A stretch of 63,570 nt of DNA, filler included, from Octopus bimaculoides (Eukaryota), in assembly GCF_001194135.2 (NCBI RefSeq). It is 6 parts of 6 records of this genome, joined end to end, with 100 filler letters (N's around TTAATTAATTAA, not from the genome) between each part and the next. Parts side by side here need not be neighbours in the genome. Positions count along the whole stretch, not along the records: positions 1 to 18,988 come from NC_068994.1; 5 more parts are not named here. The stretch is one strand, 5' to 3'. A model generated the notes under the pieces. The model had not been told where the DNA came from, did no database searches, and saw only the letters and a program-made list of their open reading frames with translations. Both the position numbers and the translations under genes were made by a program. Positions 1-13,095 of this stretch are shown in pieces. Numbering within the stretch: the stretch's first letter is position 1; every line of letters starts with the position of its first letter.

Positions 1-26
1 TATATATTATATATATATATATATAT

Positions 27-60
<34 letters not shown>

Positions 61-84
61 ATATATATTATATATATATATATT
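1..84. repeat. (TA)n microsatellite
   Basis: Near-pure TA run. Dozens of similar (TA)n, (CA)n, (GA)n and (GATA)n tracts occur throughout the window, many abutting N gaps. Confidence 0.95.
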
Positions 85-920
85 TATGTGTGTTTGTTAT
101 GTGTGTTTGTAATGTGTGAGCTTATATACTTTATATGTGTGTGAACATTTAAGCATATTCAGCTGAATTCATTCAATATATATATATATATATACATGTG
201 TGTGTCTATGTTTATATATCTAAATATATATTTGTATATAAATATATATATAAATATATCTATGTATGTATGTATATGTATGTATGTTTATAATAATAAG
301 AAATGGCGAAAATATAATTGGTATTTTTAAGATCTGTATATATACACACGTTTCTGTAAGCCAGCAGCACACCTCCTCAGTATTATAGCCAAAAACACAA
401 TATGATAATGGTTGCATGCCTTTATGTATCCCAGTCATGCATGTTATGCGTAGGCAAGATGGTATATAAGAATATATTGTGACAGAAGGTGAGATAGTAG
501 GATAATGTTAAGTGAAGAACTATTACAATAGAATGGGATATACAAACATTTCTGCATGCCAACACACTCACATTCACATGTGCACTCACATATATAGTAA
601 AGAAAAGCAGGAAAAGTGAGGTAGAAAAATTTAACATCATAGCAGTGGTAAACACAGTCAGTGGCATATATCAATGTACAAATGTAAGATAGTAGACTTA
701 TCTTTTTTGATGTTTTTATAATGTTTAGGTCCAACGAATTCCAGTTTTGCAGACATGGCATTCAGCTATTGCTTTTATAAATATGTCCATAAATCAAAGT
801 TGCATCTCAGGATTCCAAGCCATGCATATACTTTCATGCACATACATATTTAACATACATGCATGTATATACACATGTGCACATGTACACAAATGCACTA
901 TCATACACCTGTATGTATAA

Positions 921-954
<34 letters not shown>

Positions 955-964
<10 letters not shown>

Positions 965-1110
965 TAAATGAGTATATGCATATATACGTACAGGTATGTA
1001 CATACCTACATCTACATGTATATATAGATGCATATCTGGGTACAGGATGTTGCAAAAAAAAAAATGTAGACAAAATGATAAACAGAGTACAGAAAACACA
1101 CAGGCCACAT
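955..1110. repeat. Dispersed repeat, copy 1 (copy 2 at about 53995-54150)
   Basis: ATAATAAATGAGTATATGCATATATACGTAC...GATGCATATCTGGGTACAGG...GATAAACAGAGTACAGAAAACACACAGGCCACAT occurs at both loci in the same orientation. Confidence 0.85.
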
Positions 1111-1631
1111 AGAGAACATTTCCTTCATCAGCTGCCACCATTCTAAAACTAAGCATTTCATGCACATACACTCGCATACATATACACTTACAACCACACA
1201 CATGCAAGCAGGTATTTCACTGATCTCCTGCAACTTACTGCTTCAAACACACGTACATTCACATACACATTTATTCAAAAGGTTTCTGCACAGTTTATTC
1301 ATCTAAAATTCATCCCCAAGGCCCAGGGATTTAGTAGGAGACAATTTCTCGATGCGTCATGTAGTAGAACTGAATACAAAACTGTGCAGTTGCCAAATCC
1401 AGACATAAAACTTTTGTTTTTTGTCTCACTCTCTCTGTCTCGTTGTGCCCTGCCTGTTTTTACAGACGTCAATGATCACATACCTACTTGACAATGTCTG
1501 AAGATTCAAGATTTTTCTTGAGACAGTTACAGCAGTGATTGCCTGTTGTCTTCTGACTGGTGCCATCTTAATGCACGAGCACACTGAGTAGTTGCCTGGA
1601 TCAGCTTTATGGGTCTTGAAGTCCAGTTATG

Positions 1632-1900
1632 ATCAATCTATTTTATGGCTTGCTGTCAATAAATAAAAACTACAGGGACCAGTGCATTGATTTGGCCAGG
1701 GGCCCTTACAGTTCTAGATGTCCACTTCTAATCTATGTATGTTGTGCTTTGCTCTCAGTAAATAAATACTATAGGATCCACTGTGTTGATCTTCCCAGGG
1801 ATCTCACAGGTCTGGAAACCCAATTTTGATCTATGTATGCTGTGGTTTGCTGTCAGTAAATAGTATAGAGACATTGCATCAATTTTCCTGGAAAACTATA
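1632..1900. repeat. Degenerate tandem repeat, about 3 x 97 bp
   Basis: ATCTAT.TATG.TGTG.TTTGCT.TCAGTAAATA recurs at about 1637, 1731 and 1829. Confidence 0.6.
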
Positions 1901-2439
1901 ATGCTGCTTAGACGCTCCTGCTTCTACCCATTTTTTATATAGTTTACTCTCCTAGTCTCCTGCTCGTCTCAGCTTATTTGTGACATACAGCCTCTTTAAT
2001 ATTTAAGCAAAGTGGGGTGGAGGTTGAGAGACATTAGAGTATATTCACTCAATAATAGGCTTGTGTGACATATATCTAGAGGGCCAGCCCTTTTCCAAAA
2101 TCTGTGTGCCTTTGTGACAGCATCATCTGCTATTTGATCCATAACTGGATCTCTTAACAGATACTAACACCCTGGATCAGAGTGTTGCGATCAAAGGATA
2201 ACACCATGCTACCCCTGACCCCAAACACCTGAAATTTTCATCTGGAGTCTCCCCTCTGAATGCCGATTAATGTCTTGCCCAGGAACAATCATTCTGAGTG
2301 CACTTAAAAAATACCTAGTGTATTCTTCTCTGTTAAAAATAACACGCTGTGATTTTTAGGGAGATTTCGTAACCATTTCTGACAAATTGGGTAATCACAT
2401 AGATGCTCTTTTGGGAGTATGATGGAAGCAATATGAAGA

Positions 2440-3185
2440 GTTTGTGATGATAAGAAGAGTGATGATAGTGGTGGTAGAGATGGTGATGATGGCAGTGGTG
2501 GTAGAGATGGTGATGATGGCAGTGGTGGTAAATGGTATGATGCAGTTACTTATAATGTTCCTTTACACAGATCATGATGGTGAGGGAGGTGATGGTAATA
2601 GTGAAGGAGGGGAGTGCATTAGTAATGATGGTGATGGTTATGTTGGTGTTGCAGAGGCAGTTAATGATGGCAGTGTCAGCAGTGATGGTTTGGAAGATGA
2701 TGATGGTGGTGATGATAATGATGAAGAACATGATGATACTGACAACAACAATGACAACAATGATGACAGCAATGATGATAATGATGATTTGGTGATAGTG
2801 ATGACGACGATGACAATACGTTGGTAGGAATGGTTTCAATCTTTGGTAATAGTGATGACAGTAGTGATGATAATATGATGACGATGATGGTAAACAGTAA
2901 GATTGGAGAATTGACGATTATGGTGAGAAGATTATTGCGACAGTTTGGTTATGCTGATAACGATGCCGGTACTCGTATTATTGCGAATGGTTGTGGTAGT
3001 TATTTTTGTGGATGATGATGATGATAATGATGAAGAAGAAGAAGGTAGCTACATTGGAAATGGTGCTTGTGCATCATGCATTTCATGGCGATATTGATAG
3101 TGATAACAATTGTCGTATTGATGTTGGTGATGACAATAGGGGTGATGATGATGATGACAGCATTGGTGGTGCTGGTGGTGGTTGT
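2440..3185. repeat. GAT/GGT/GAC trinucleotide low-complexity tract
   Basis: Degenerate (GAT)n/(GGT)n sequence. It explains the M/V/D-rich and H/I-rich pseudo-ORFs in all frames. Confidence 0.85.
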
Positions 3186-3385
3186 GGGGGGAAAAAAAAT
3201 AATTCTTTGGCTCCAGGACAATCATTTTGACTCTGGAGATATTTTTATGATGTGAAAGCATGTTAGATTTCAAATAATGGATTTCTACGTGTTTTCTGAG
3301 AAACTACTTCTGCAACAGAACTTTAGATAATCAGATAGAAGTTGCTTAATATGCAGGAAAAACAGAAATAAAATGAATTACCATT

Positions 3386-3447
<62 letters not shown>

Positions 3448-3543
3448 CATATATATATATAAAAACATATATATACATATATATACANNNNNNNNNNNNN
3501 NNNNNNNNNNNNNNNNNNNNNNNNNNNNNNNNNNNNNNNNNNN

Positions 3544-3578
<35 letters not shown>

Positions 3579-3889
3579 TACACGTACATGCATATACATA
3601 CATACATACGTACATACATGTATATACATATCTATATGTCTGCTTATAAATTTTACTTCCACTATTGTTGATATCAGAAGATATAATTTCCTTTATATAT
3701 ATAATACATATAAGATATATACAAAAGCATGTGTGCGTGTGTGTGTGTGTAAATTATATACATATATATTATAAATATATATATCCATACATACACAGAC
3801 ATATACATATATATATATTACACACACACACATATATAAAGAATATCCATCATATATGTATGTGTGAGCATATATATATATATATATAC

Positions 3890-3967
<78 letters not shown>

Positions 3968-4535
3968 CATAAACATACACACATATACATTCATAATATA
4001 TAACGAAATATATACACATGCATGCACACACACTCACACAGTTTATTTTTTTATATGCATGCTAGTATAAGTCTGTGCAAGTGTGTTTGCCAAGTGCTGT
4101 GGATATATTTATGTACATATGTGTATATGGTGAGTTTTGTGAATTCTCTTTAGGTGTGTAAATTTACTAGTGTTGGAAATGTTATTACTGATGCCAATAT
4201 TGGTTTGCTATGTAACACATCAATTGTCAATAGAGAGTTGTGTCAATGGTTTTTTTTTTCCTCTTTTCCAGAATCTCCAGTTTCCAACCATACCTTGTAC
4301 ACACATAAATATATGTATACATATATACATACTTGTGTGATATATATATATATATGCATATCTATCTATCAGTCTATATCTCTCTCTCTATATATATATA
4401 TGTATGTATTTATTGTATTTATGTATATGTATGTATTCATATGTATATATATCATCACCATCATTATTACAATGTCAACTTTTTCATGCTTGCTCAGGTC
4501 AAATGAAATTCAATAAGCAGCTTTTCTATGGTCAA

Positions 4536-4536
<1 letters not shown>

Positions 4537-4592
<56 letters not shown>
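4537..4592. repeat. (GT)n microsatellite
   Basis: Pure GT run. Confidence 0.95.
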
Positions 4593-4595
<3 letters not shown>

Positions 4596-6861
4596 CAACA
4601 TTATTCAGCCACTCAGCCTCCTCTTGTAAACACATTCATTCTTTTATGGTGACTCTTGAAGGCCACTCCTTCCCAATCCTATGCATTGAGCTACAATTCT
4701 GACCAGACGTCTTTTTATTTCTCACATCCACATTCCCAAATTTCTTCATTCCATGCCTCCCTACATCTATCACCTTAACCACACGCTAGTTTACTTTTCC
4801 TCCAAGACCAATGCCCATGTGATCCACAATTGACTTTCACATGTCATAACAATTATACTTTTGTGCCGATGATTTTTTTCATGCTGACCAATTAATCCCT
4901 GTGGAATCCTTCCAGACACTTGCTACGATGAGTTGGCCTCTGCAGAGTAAAGTACTTTGACAATTCAGTAATCCTCTGTCCTACCTTGAGTTAATTGATA
5001 ACCATACTCATCACAACCAACAACTCGTGTTCTACTATTATATACTAGCTTATCTCCTCTGCTTTGTTTCCTTTGACTGTCACTAAAACCCTATTGCTTT
5101 CACCCTACTAATCCCACCATCATCTTTTCCAGCCAAATCTGTAACTTCAGCAACCCAGCTGTGCCTTTGTCTTTGCTTACATCTACCTACAAAACTTATT
5201 TCTCAATACCTTGGCTGCAGTTTCCCCATACAACATCCATCATACCAAACAAGTGCTTCATGTTTTCCATTTCTTCTCCCACCCATTTCTTCTAAACTAC
5301 ATGATAACAGTCCCTAGGTCATCAATTTTGCATATATAGTTGAACCTTTCACCTCTACATTTCTTCACTTCACCACATTTGTCCTCATCCTTACTTGCTT
5401 TCTTTTTCTCTGTGGAGTTCTACCAGTATGTCACTGGAATAGTTAGCTATGGCTATTAAAGTGTTCCCTGACACCTCCAATTTGCTTGTTTGGGACTGTC
5501 CACTGACCCAAGCCAGAACTTTATGATTATTACATTAATGCCATATGTAATACACACACCAGCTTTTACTAGTGAACAGCTCACTTCCATCTTTCTCCAC
5601 TCTCCACTAGTCAGAAACTAAATATCTCTTTACCCAATTTTTCTAACCATTATTACTATAACCCCTGTACATATGTTTGTTTATTCTTTAAATGGTTTCA
5701 GCTGAAGGCTCTGTGACCATGCAGTGACACTACCATTAGCATTGATGCTTGTTCATTTTAGACCTGTTTCCTGGCCCTGTCTCTGAAATCTGTCATGATG
5801 AAGTAGAAGATTTTGTGAATTTAATGATTTTATATCATACTGTATTTTATATTGTACTAAAGATTTTTACTCTAAAAACAAATAAATGGTTTCTGGATTA
5901 CCTTCAATTTAACAGACTTTAGACATTAATAGACACTCTACCCCCACTAGTAGTCTGTTAAACTGTGAGTTTACTCTTATTGTTTTATGTAGTAGTATTC
6001 TCAGATAGCCAGGCTACTACGAAGAGTTTGCAACACCTTTAGGTATTATCTGAATATTTCTGGATAATCTATTTTCTCCATTTCTTTACTTTTGCTCAGA
6101 ATAGTTTTTTCACCACTACCCATATAATTCCTCAAACTTTTCCTTTTAATCACTTTCCCTTTGATAATCATTCTTTCAATAAACTCAGTTATCTTTCAAC
6201 TTTAAGTATTCTCCTACCTTAGCTAATAATCACAATAAGTACAATCTTCCCTTTCTGTCTTTTCTCTTCATACATATCAAAGGAGTAGCTGTTTGTACAT
6301 TCCCAATTTATCTCGCTATTTTTCATGAGTGGTTTTTTTTTTTCTCTCACCATGATAAGCCATATAAATAATCCATATCAGCTTTTGGTGATTATTTGAT
6401 TATTTTCTAAAATTAAATCTGGTCTCCTGTCAGATTGGTTTTATGCATGATAATATTCAAAATCCCAATACGCTTTTTTTTTTCCTAATATTCCAGCATA
6501 GTCTTTAGATTCCACCTGGTTCTTTAATACACTCAAGCTTTTTCAATCTATCCTACTTGCTTTTTCTAACTACTGCAAGGATTACCTATGAATTTCTTTT
6601 ATCATTTCAGTGAGTTATTCCTACTGAATATTTTATGTCCAAGACAGCATAAGATGAACATTCTCATTGTTTTCCTTGCATAACTTACATAACCTGGCAC
6701 ATCCACCCCTCTTCATACCTTCCACATTGCTACTGTTGTTGTTGTCATCATCGACATCATCGTCACTCTACTGTCTCTGATGCAACCATAGTTGTCGTCA
6801 CTGTCAGCATTGTTGTTGTTGATGGTAGTGACTTAAAGAATCATTCACATACCAGACAAAA

Positions 6862-7022
6862 TGGTTAGCAGCAATTAGTCTATCTTTATGTTCAAATTCT
6901 GCCAAAGTCATCTTCACCTTTCATTCTTTTGGTGCCTATAGAATAAGTAGCAGTTGAGCACTAGGGTTCATGTAATCAACTAGGCCTCCACCCTCAAAAT
7001 TATAGGCGTTGTGCCTATGTCT
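6862..7022 (+). mobile_element. Degenerate tRNA-derived CORE-type SINE
   Basis: GTTCAAATTCTGCCAAAGTC..CACCTTTCATTCTTTTGG...AATAAGTAGCAGTT...GGCGTTGTGCCTA resembles the minus-strand SINE at 59342-59557. Confidence 0.55.
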
Positions 7023-7027
7023 GTTAT

Positions 7028-7370
7028 CTTTTATTTGTTTCAATCATTAGACTGCAGCCATTCTGGGACAGTCCTTTGATGGGTTTAGTTAAATAAATCA
7101 ACCCCCAGTGCTTATTTTTTTAAGTTTGGTACTTATTCCATCAGTCTCTTTTACTGAACTACTTAGTCACAGGCATCAAAACAAACCAACAACAGTTGTC
7201 AGTTGGTGGCTGAAGACGATATTCAATCAATTACTGTTTACCAAATCCACTCACAAGGCTTTGGTCACCCTGAGGCTATAAAAGAAGAAATATGCCCTAA
7301 GTGTCAATTAGCAGGTCTGAACCTGAAACTATATGGTTGAGAAGCAAACTTCTTACCACATCACCACACT
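7028..7370 (-). mobile_element. tRNA-derived SINE (same family as 27273-27682)
   Basis: The reverse strand carries the head GTGGTGATGTGGTAAGAAGTTTGCTTCTCAACC, the central ACCAAAGCCTTGTGAGTGGATTTGGTA and a tail resembling GGCTGCAGTCTAATGATTGAAACAAATAAAA. Confidence 0.8.
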
Positions 7371-7397
7371 TTTACTGACAGTAGAGAGAAAAAAATT

Positions 7398-7848
7398 ATT
7401 ATTATTACTGAGTGAGAGAGCAGTGCATGCCATCAAAGTGACACTGGGGTAAAATATACAAAGCCCAGTATACCCATCATGACTACCAATCTGATAAGGG
7501 TACACCAGGCACATGCATCACCAACCATATGTGTGTAGTTTTATGATATCATATCAAGATAAACAGTGCATGACCTTGCAGGTGGGGACCAGGTAGAATT
7601 TTCTTCAAAAAGTCCCTGGATAAGGATTGTTTAAGGATGTTGAACAAAATACTCATGTTTCTAGAGGTGAATTATCCAAACTCCAAAGAATTCCTCTCAA
7701 CACATCACTATGATGCTCCCCTATTACTTCTGCTCATGATCAGAGTTGCACATATTGTCAACCACTAAGGGACATGCTCAACTGGCTATGGTCAAACAAG
7801 TGACAGGCAAATCTGTGGTATTGAGCAGAATATTTGCTGTAGCTCATC

Positions 7849-7850
<2 letters not shown>
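7398..7850 (-). mobile_element. Probable retroposon 3' segment ending in a (TAA)n tail
   Basis: The minus strand ends ...CACTGCTCTCTCACTCAGTAATAATAAT. Base composition differs from the flanks. Family not assigned. Confidence 0.35.
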
Positions 7851-7881
<31 letters not shown>

Positions 7882-7985
7882 GTTTTGGCTTTGCTTTAAT
7901 TTGTTAATGAGGAAAGCATACATGCATTCCATTGGGGCAGGTGTAAGAATCTTGCATGTTGCTGTAAGACATATTTGATCTGCAG

Positions 7986-8607
7986 CTAAACAACATGCAC
8001 AACAAGTTTTCTCATCATTTCGATAATGTCCTTCCCAAACCAATCTTGTGCTAGTCCATTGGTATTTATGGTTAAAGCTAGGGCATCATCTTTGTAAATG
8101 GCAAAATATACATCAGGAAAAGTCTTGCCCAATGCATCGAGTAGGAATAGCCCAATGAGATCACATATGCCTGCTCCATCATATGACCCCATGCTCACAT
8201 CGAAAGCACCCTCTGTATCAGTAGTCTTGACCCACTCTGCGCTCTCACTGAAGAGTAAAGTCTTTCTAGCATGGAAGATTATGTCCTTATCTTGTGTACT
8301 AATATCTATAAATTTGCTTGCAAAGGTGAGGGCTTTATCTAGCAGTTCCTTAGAGGCATAGAATTCAACATTATCAAATTGCATAAATCTCGCTTTATTC
8401 TTATTCCTAATGGCTTTAAACTAGTCAACAACTTCTATACTATTGGACCACTGTACTAACCTAGTAGCATTTCTGACTTTCACATTCATTTTTCCTAAAA
8501 CTTCTTTACTAATAATACCAATTTCTGATTTAGTTGGGTTAATAAGCCTACATTTAGGATTAGATAGGAAGTTCTTTTTATGGTCTTTAATAGTTATAAA
8601 GGCTTCT
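7986..8607 (-). pseudogene. Penelope-like element reverse transcriptase fragment
   Basis: Translation EAFITIKDHKKNFLSNPKCRLINPTKSEIGIISK...QWSNS..VD*FK...FMQFDNVEFYAS...FDVSMGSYDGAGICDLIGLFLL...IYKDDAL carries the PLE RT motifs, including the YxDD-type site. It has one in-frame stop and is truncated at both ends. Confidence 0.85.
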
Positions 8608-8616
8608 TTATATAAT

Positions 8617-8661
<45 letters not shown>

Positions 8662-8668
8662 TAATATA

Positions 8669-9093
8669 TTACCTGGAAAAATGCAAACATGAAAAGTAAT
8701 ATTCTTAAGATTATAAACCTGGAAAAGTATAGGACAAGTTATTACTTTTTACTTAAAATATTGCAACAAAGAATGCCAGTTCTTCNNNNNNNNNNNNNNN
8801 NNNNNNNNNNNNNNNNNNNNNNNNNNNNNNNNNNNNNNNNNNNNNNNNNNNNNNNNNNNNNNNNNNNNNNNNNNNNNNNNNNNNNNNNNNNNNNNNNNNN
8901 NNNNNNNNNNNNNNNNNNNNNNNNNNNNNNNNNNNNNNNNNNNNNNNNNNNNNNNNNNNNNNNNNNNNNNNNNNNNNNNNTTACTAGAAGTAATAGTTTG
9001 TCCTATACTTTTCCAAGTGTAATAACTTGTCCTATACTTTTCCAGGCTTATAATCTTAAAAATATTACTTTTCATGCTCGCATTTTTCCATGT
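8669..9093. mobile_element. Fold-back/MITE-like element with ~77 bp terminal inverted repeats (centre in gap)
   Basis: 8669-8745 (TACCTGGAAAAATGCAAACATGAAAAGTAATATT..AAGATTATAAACCTGGAAAAGTATAGGACAAGTTATTAC) is the reverse complement of 9018-9093 with few mismatches. Confidence 0.8.
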
Positions 9094-10222
9094 AATCCAT
9101 GATTTTTCCAGGCATTGCTATTATAAGAGAATTAATAATATGTCAATTGATAATTTAAGATTTTACCTTATAAAATACTGAAAGATAATATTTCAATTTT
9201 TCCATGTAAGTGATGATAATATTTCAATTTTTTTCATGTTTAATTTAGATATATGTTGTAATTGAATTATTTGATATTACACATCCACACCAAATTAATG
9301 GCAGGGATTTTTACCATGTTGCTGGTTGCACCATGGCTCACCAAAAGTGACAAACAACAAGACCCCAAAACCATCAGTTACCAGACTCACCTTAAGTACC
9401 CTAGATTTTGAGTTGGTGATAATAGCACTGACTGCTGCTAATCTAGATCTATCAATAATTATTTAATACAACAGTAATTATGAAAGCATATCAGATAAGA
9501 ATAATTTCAAAATAAAAATAGCTTTTCACAAATTTTTTACGAACGTACTAAAGCAACAAGCCTGGTAAGAAGAGAGAGTGAATGAGAAGCGAAGAATAAG
9601 AGCAATTATAACAAACAAAGGAAATAAGAGCAATTCAAATTATAATTAAAACTGTTAACAGTTTGCAATTTGGTTGAGAACTGAATTAGTAAAGCTTGGA
9701 AGCTGCTGCAATTGACAAAATGGTGGACTTAAGAATATATTCATCCACATGTATTTATAAAAGAATTACAAAAAAAAAAACACACCAAAAAATAGAATGT
9801 AAACATTCATTTTAGAAACCTATTCAATTTATTGTACAGATTTTTTAATTAATTTTTTTTTTTAACTAAATACTTTCAAACTTCAGATACTGGTAGAATG
9901 TGTCAGATAGAAAAGGGTTTACTCATAACGTTAGTGACAAAATTTTGTATTTTAGAAGTTATTTCATGTTAAAGTTGTCATATTTGGGTAATTTTAACAA
10001 ATCAATGATGTGTATTCAGCTGAAGAAAATTACTGCTGCTGTTTACGAACAACAACTTCCGGGTCAATTGACAAAATGGTGAGTCTTCGACAACTGAAAA
10101 ATTTTAACTGAAAATCTCCCCTAACAAAACCCTTCTTTAATAACCAGAGATGTTTTTATAGCAACATATTTGAGAATGTATCCATCTACCTATCTATTTT
10201 TCTATCTATCTATCTATCTATC

Positions 10223-10269
<47 letters not shown>

Positions 10270-10277
10270 CCACACAT

Positions 10278-10378
10278 TAATAATAGGCAGAAGTTACAGA
10301 GTGACAATGGACAAATTCGTGTTTGATAAATGCCAATACACGAAACTCTCAGCTTTTGACTTACTCTCTAACTTCTGC
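10278..10378. mobile_element. Small inverted-repeat element (~100 bp, 18 bp arms)
   Basis: GCAGAAGTTACAGAGTGA and TTACTCTCTAACTTCTGC are 16/18 complementary. Confidence 0.5.
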
Positions 10379-10410
10379 TGATGATATACATACACAAATA
10401 TATATGTGTA

Positions 10411-10694
10411 AAAAAATCTTATCATGCAATCGAACCAATGAAAGAGCCTCTACCTGGTCGCTCAAATGCTAAAAATAGCAGCTAAAGTAACCCCCTACCT
10501 AAATCACACGCGCATTGTATGTAAAGACTTAGATTATCCCTAAAAAGGCAGTTTGCTGAAGGCTGGAGTGTCTTTGATGATAGGTTTGCTGTATCAGGGT
10601 CCATCTAGTGGGATATTTTGGCTGCTATTTTTAGTATGTCGAGTGACTAGGTAGAGGCTCTTTCATTGGTTTGATTGCGTGATGAGATTTTTTT
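10411..10694. mobile_element. Inverted-repeat element with ~78 bp arms (MITE or tail-to-tail repeat pair)
   Basis: AAAAAAATCTTATCATGCAATCGAACCAATGAAAGAGCCTCTACCTGGTCGCTC..GCTAAAAATAGCAGCTAAA (10411-10487) matches the reverse complement of 10616-10694. Confidence 0.8.
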
Positions 10695-10749
10695 AAACAT
10701 ATATGTATGTATATATTTAATTGGCCAAAGTTGCAAATTGCCTCAACCA

Positions 10750-12745
10750 ACATTCCAAAAGTAGCAAAAGGTCCCACCTAATAACAACGCTGATGGAAAT
10801 TTAAAAAAGCCTGCAACAATCCTATGTGATGGAGAGAGCAGACAAAGAAGCCTGGGTTATAAAAAACATTAAATCAAACCCAAAGGCCTTCTTTCATTAT
10901 ACAAAAGAAACAGCCTCAGTATTGAAGATGGTTCCCTCATAGATAGCCTAACCAGGATCAGTGAGGTGCTGAATGACCACTTCACAAGTGTCTTTACCAC
11001 CCCATTAGAAAACAGACAAGTGAATGAACCAGTGGATTTCTTTGCCGCCTCACCTATAACCAGCAAGGCAGTTACGATGGAATACATCGACATTAGCGAA
11101 GAAGATATACTACTAGCCATAAATGAGGTGAACACAAACTCAACTGCTGGTCCTGAGGATTTCCTAGCAATCCTCCTCAAATCGTGTAAGCGTGCCCAGG
11201 CAAAACCTCTACAGCTTCTCTTCCAGAGCTTTCTTGCAAAAGGAGGGAATAATATGCCCAATCCATAAAGAGGGAAACAGAGCAGATGCCAAAAACTATA
11301 GGCCTATCTCTCTGACTTCACATATCAGCAAAGTCATAGAATGGATAGTCAGAGGGAAACTAACTGCATTCTTTGAAGAAAATAACTTGCTGAGTGATAC
11401 TCAGCATGGCTTTTGACCAGGTAGGAACTGTCTCACCCAGCTCTTACAACACTATGACTGGGTGTTGAAGCAGTTACTCAATAAATTTCAAATGTGGATG
11501 TAATATACCTTGATTTTGCAAAAGCTTTTGATAAAGTGGATCATGGTATAATATGCCACAAACTGCATGATCTCAGCATAGCTGGAAAACTTGGTGAGTG
11601 GTTACATGACTTTCTCAAAGATAGAAGTCAGGCAGTAGTGGCCAATGGAGCCACCTCAATGAAAACACAAATAGTGAGCGGTATTCTGTGAGGCACTGTC
11701 TTGGGATCACTGCTTTTCATAGTGGCCCTCTCAGATATGCCCTCAACTGCCTGGATAGCCACCCTTGCTAGCTACGCAGATGATATGAAAGTCATGCAAA
11801 AAATACAGAACCCCAATGATGTTGCACATCTGCAGGAGGAGTTGGACTCAATTTACAGATGGGCTGAGGATAATAATATGCAGTTTAATGCTGAAAAATC
11901 CCAAGCCCTGTGCTACCAGCATCCAAAACTAAATATGAAACTTACAGGGTCCACTGGTCCACAGGGGATAACAATCCCAGAGCCTAAATCAGTGAGGGAC
12001 CTGGGTACTGGCATGAGTGATGATACCTCTTTCGAAGTGCACATTACCGGGATGGCAACAAAGTGCAGACAACTGGCTGGATGGATCCTGGGAACGTTCA
12101 GAACCAGAGAAAAGGAAACCATGATGGTCCTCTGGAGGACATTCGTCCTCAGCTGCCTGAATCACTGCTCCCAGTTATGGTCACCCAACAGTGTAAAATT
12201 AATAGCGTACCTTGAAGGAATCCAGCGAGGCTTCATAAAGATCATCTCATTGCAACAGCTCAGCTACTGGGAAAGGCTGAAACAGCTAAGACTCTACTCT
12301 CTGGAGTGAAAGCGGGAGAGGTATGCAGTAATATATATCTGGAAGATCCTGGAAGGAATTGTGCCAAATTTTGGCATTGAAAGCTACACCTATGCCAGAA
12401 TGGGTCAACACTGCACAGTGCCAAAGAGCCCAGCAATGCCATCGTGCTTCAGGACTAGTTACTGCAACAGCCTAGGTTTCAAGGGCCCACAGCTTTTTAA
12501 TATTCTCCCAAAGAGCCTGAGGAACCTACACAAAGTGGATGTAGGTGTTTTCAAATCAAAACAGAACCTCTTCCTGTCAAGAGTCCCAGATGAACCTACC
12601 TCACTGCAAACAGTGCAAATGAGGGTAGTGACATCAATCTCCATTCTTCACCAAGTGCCACATATTAGAGGAGGTTCTCAGTAATAACAGTATAGCAAAA
12701 CAGCGGTGCCCCAGCATGGCCACAGCTCTGAACTGAAACTACAAA
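10750..12745 (+). mobile_element. 5'-truncated CR1/L2-group LINE, RT pseudogene with intact 3' end
   Basis: Frameshifted ORF2 pieces: IKSNPKAFFHY, PIHKEGNRADAKNYRPISLTSHISKV, QHGF, DVIYLDFAKAFDKVDHG, SYADD, RDLG, GWILGTFRTR, LYSLE, NSLGFKGPQLFNILP. The 3' UTR ends ...CCAGCATGGCCACAGCTCTGAACTGAAAC. Confidence 0.92.
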
Positions 12746-13042
12746 ATATATATATATATATCATATATATATATTATATATATATACATATATATATTAT
12801 ATATTATATATACATGCATATATATATCATATATTATATACATATATGTATAATATATTATATATATATATATATCATATATTATATACATATATGTATA
12901 ATATATTATATATATATATATATCATATATTATATACATATATGTATCATATATTATATACATATATGTATCATATATTATATATATATATATCATATAT
13001 TATATACATATATGTATCATATATTATATATATATCATATAT

Positions 13043-13070
<28 letters not shown>
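12746..13070. repeat. AT-only minisatellite (~20-30 bp units)
   Basis: Recurrent TATCATATATTATATA(T)ACATATATG units. Confidence 0.85.

Positions 13071-13095
<25 letters not shown>

Noticed and set aside
345-392. Minus-strand CUGAGGA…GAAA-CGUGUG-UA hammerhead-like motif
   Set aside because: Stem II is out of register and stem I has only 3 bp. At best a decayed copy.
2444-2827. D/G-rich acidic protein ORF
   Set aside because: It derives from a degenerate GAT/GGT repeat that is open in most frames, with no coding-specific signal.
4620-5520. Purine-rich minus-strand segment resembling a very old RTE RT tail
   Set aside because: No motif could be read unambiguously through the stops and frameshifts.
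8400-8450. In-frame stop in the PLE RT, considered as selenocysteine recoding
   Set aside because: The stop is TAG at a likely Trp position, not TGA. Ordinary decay.
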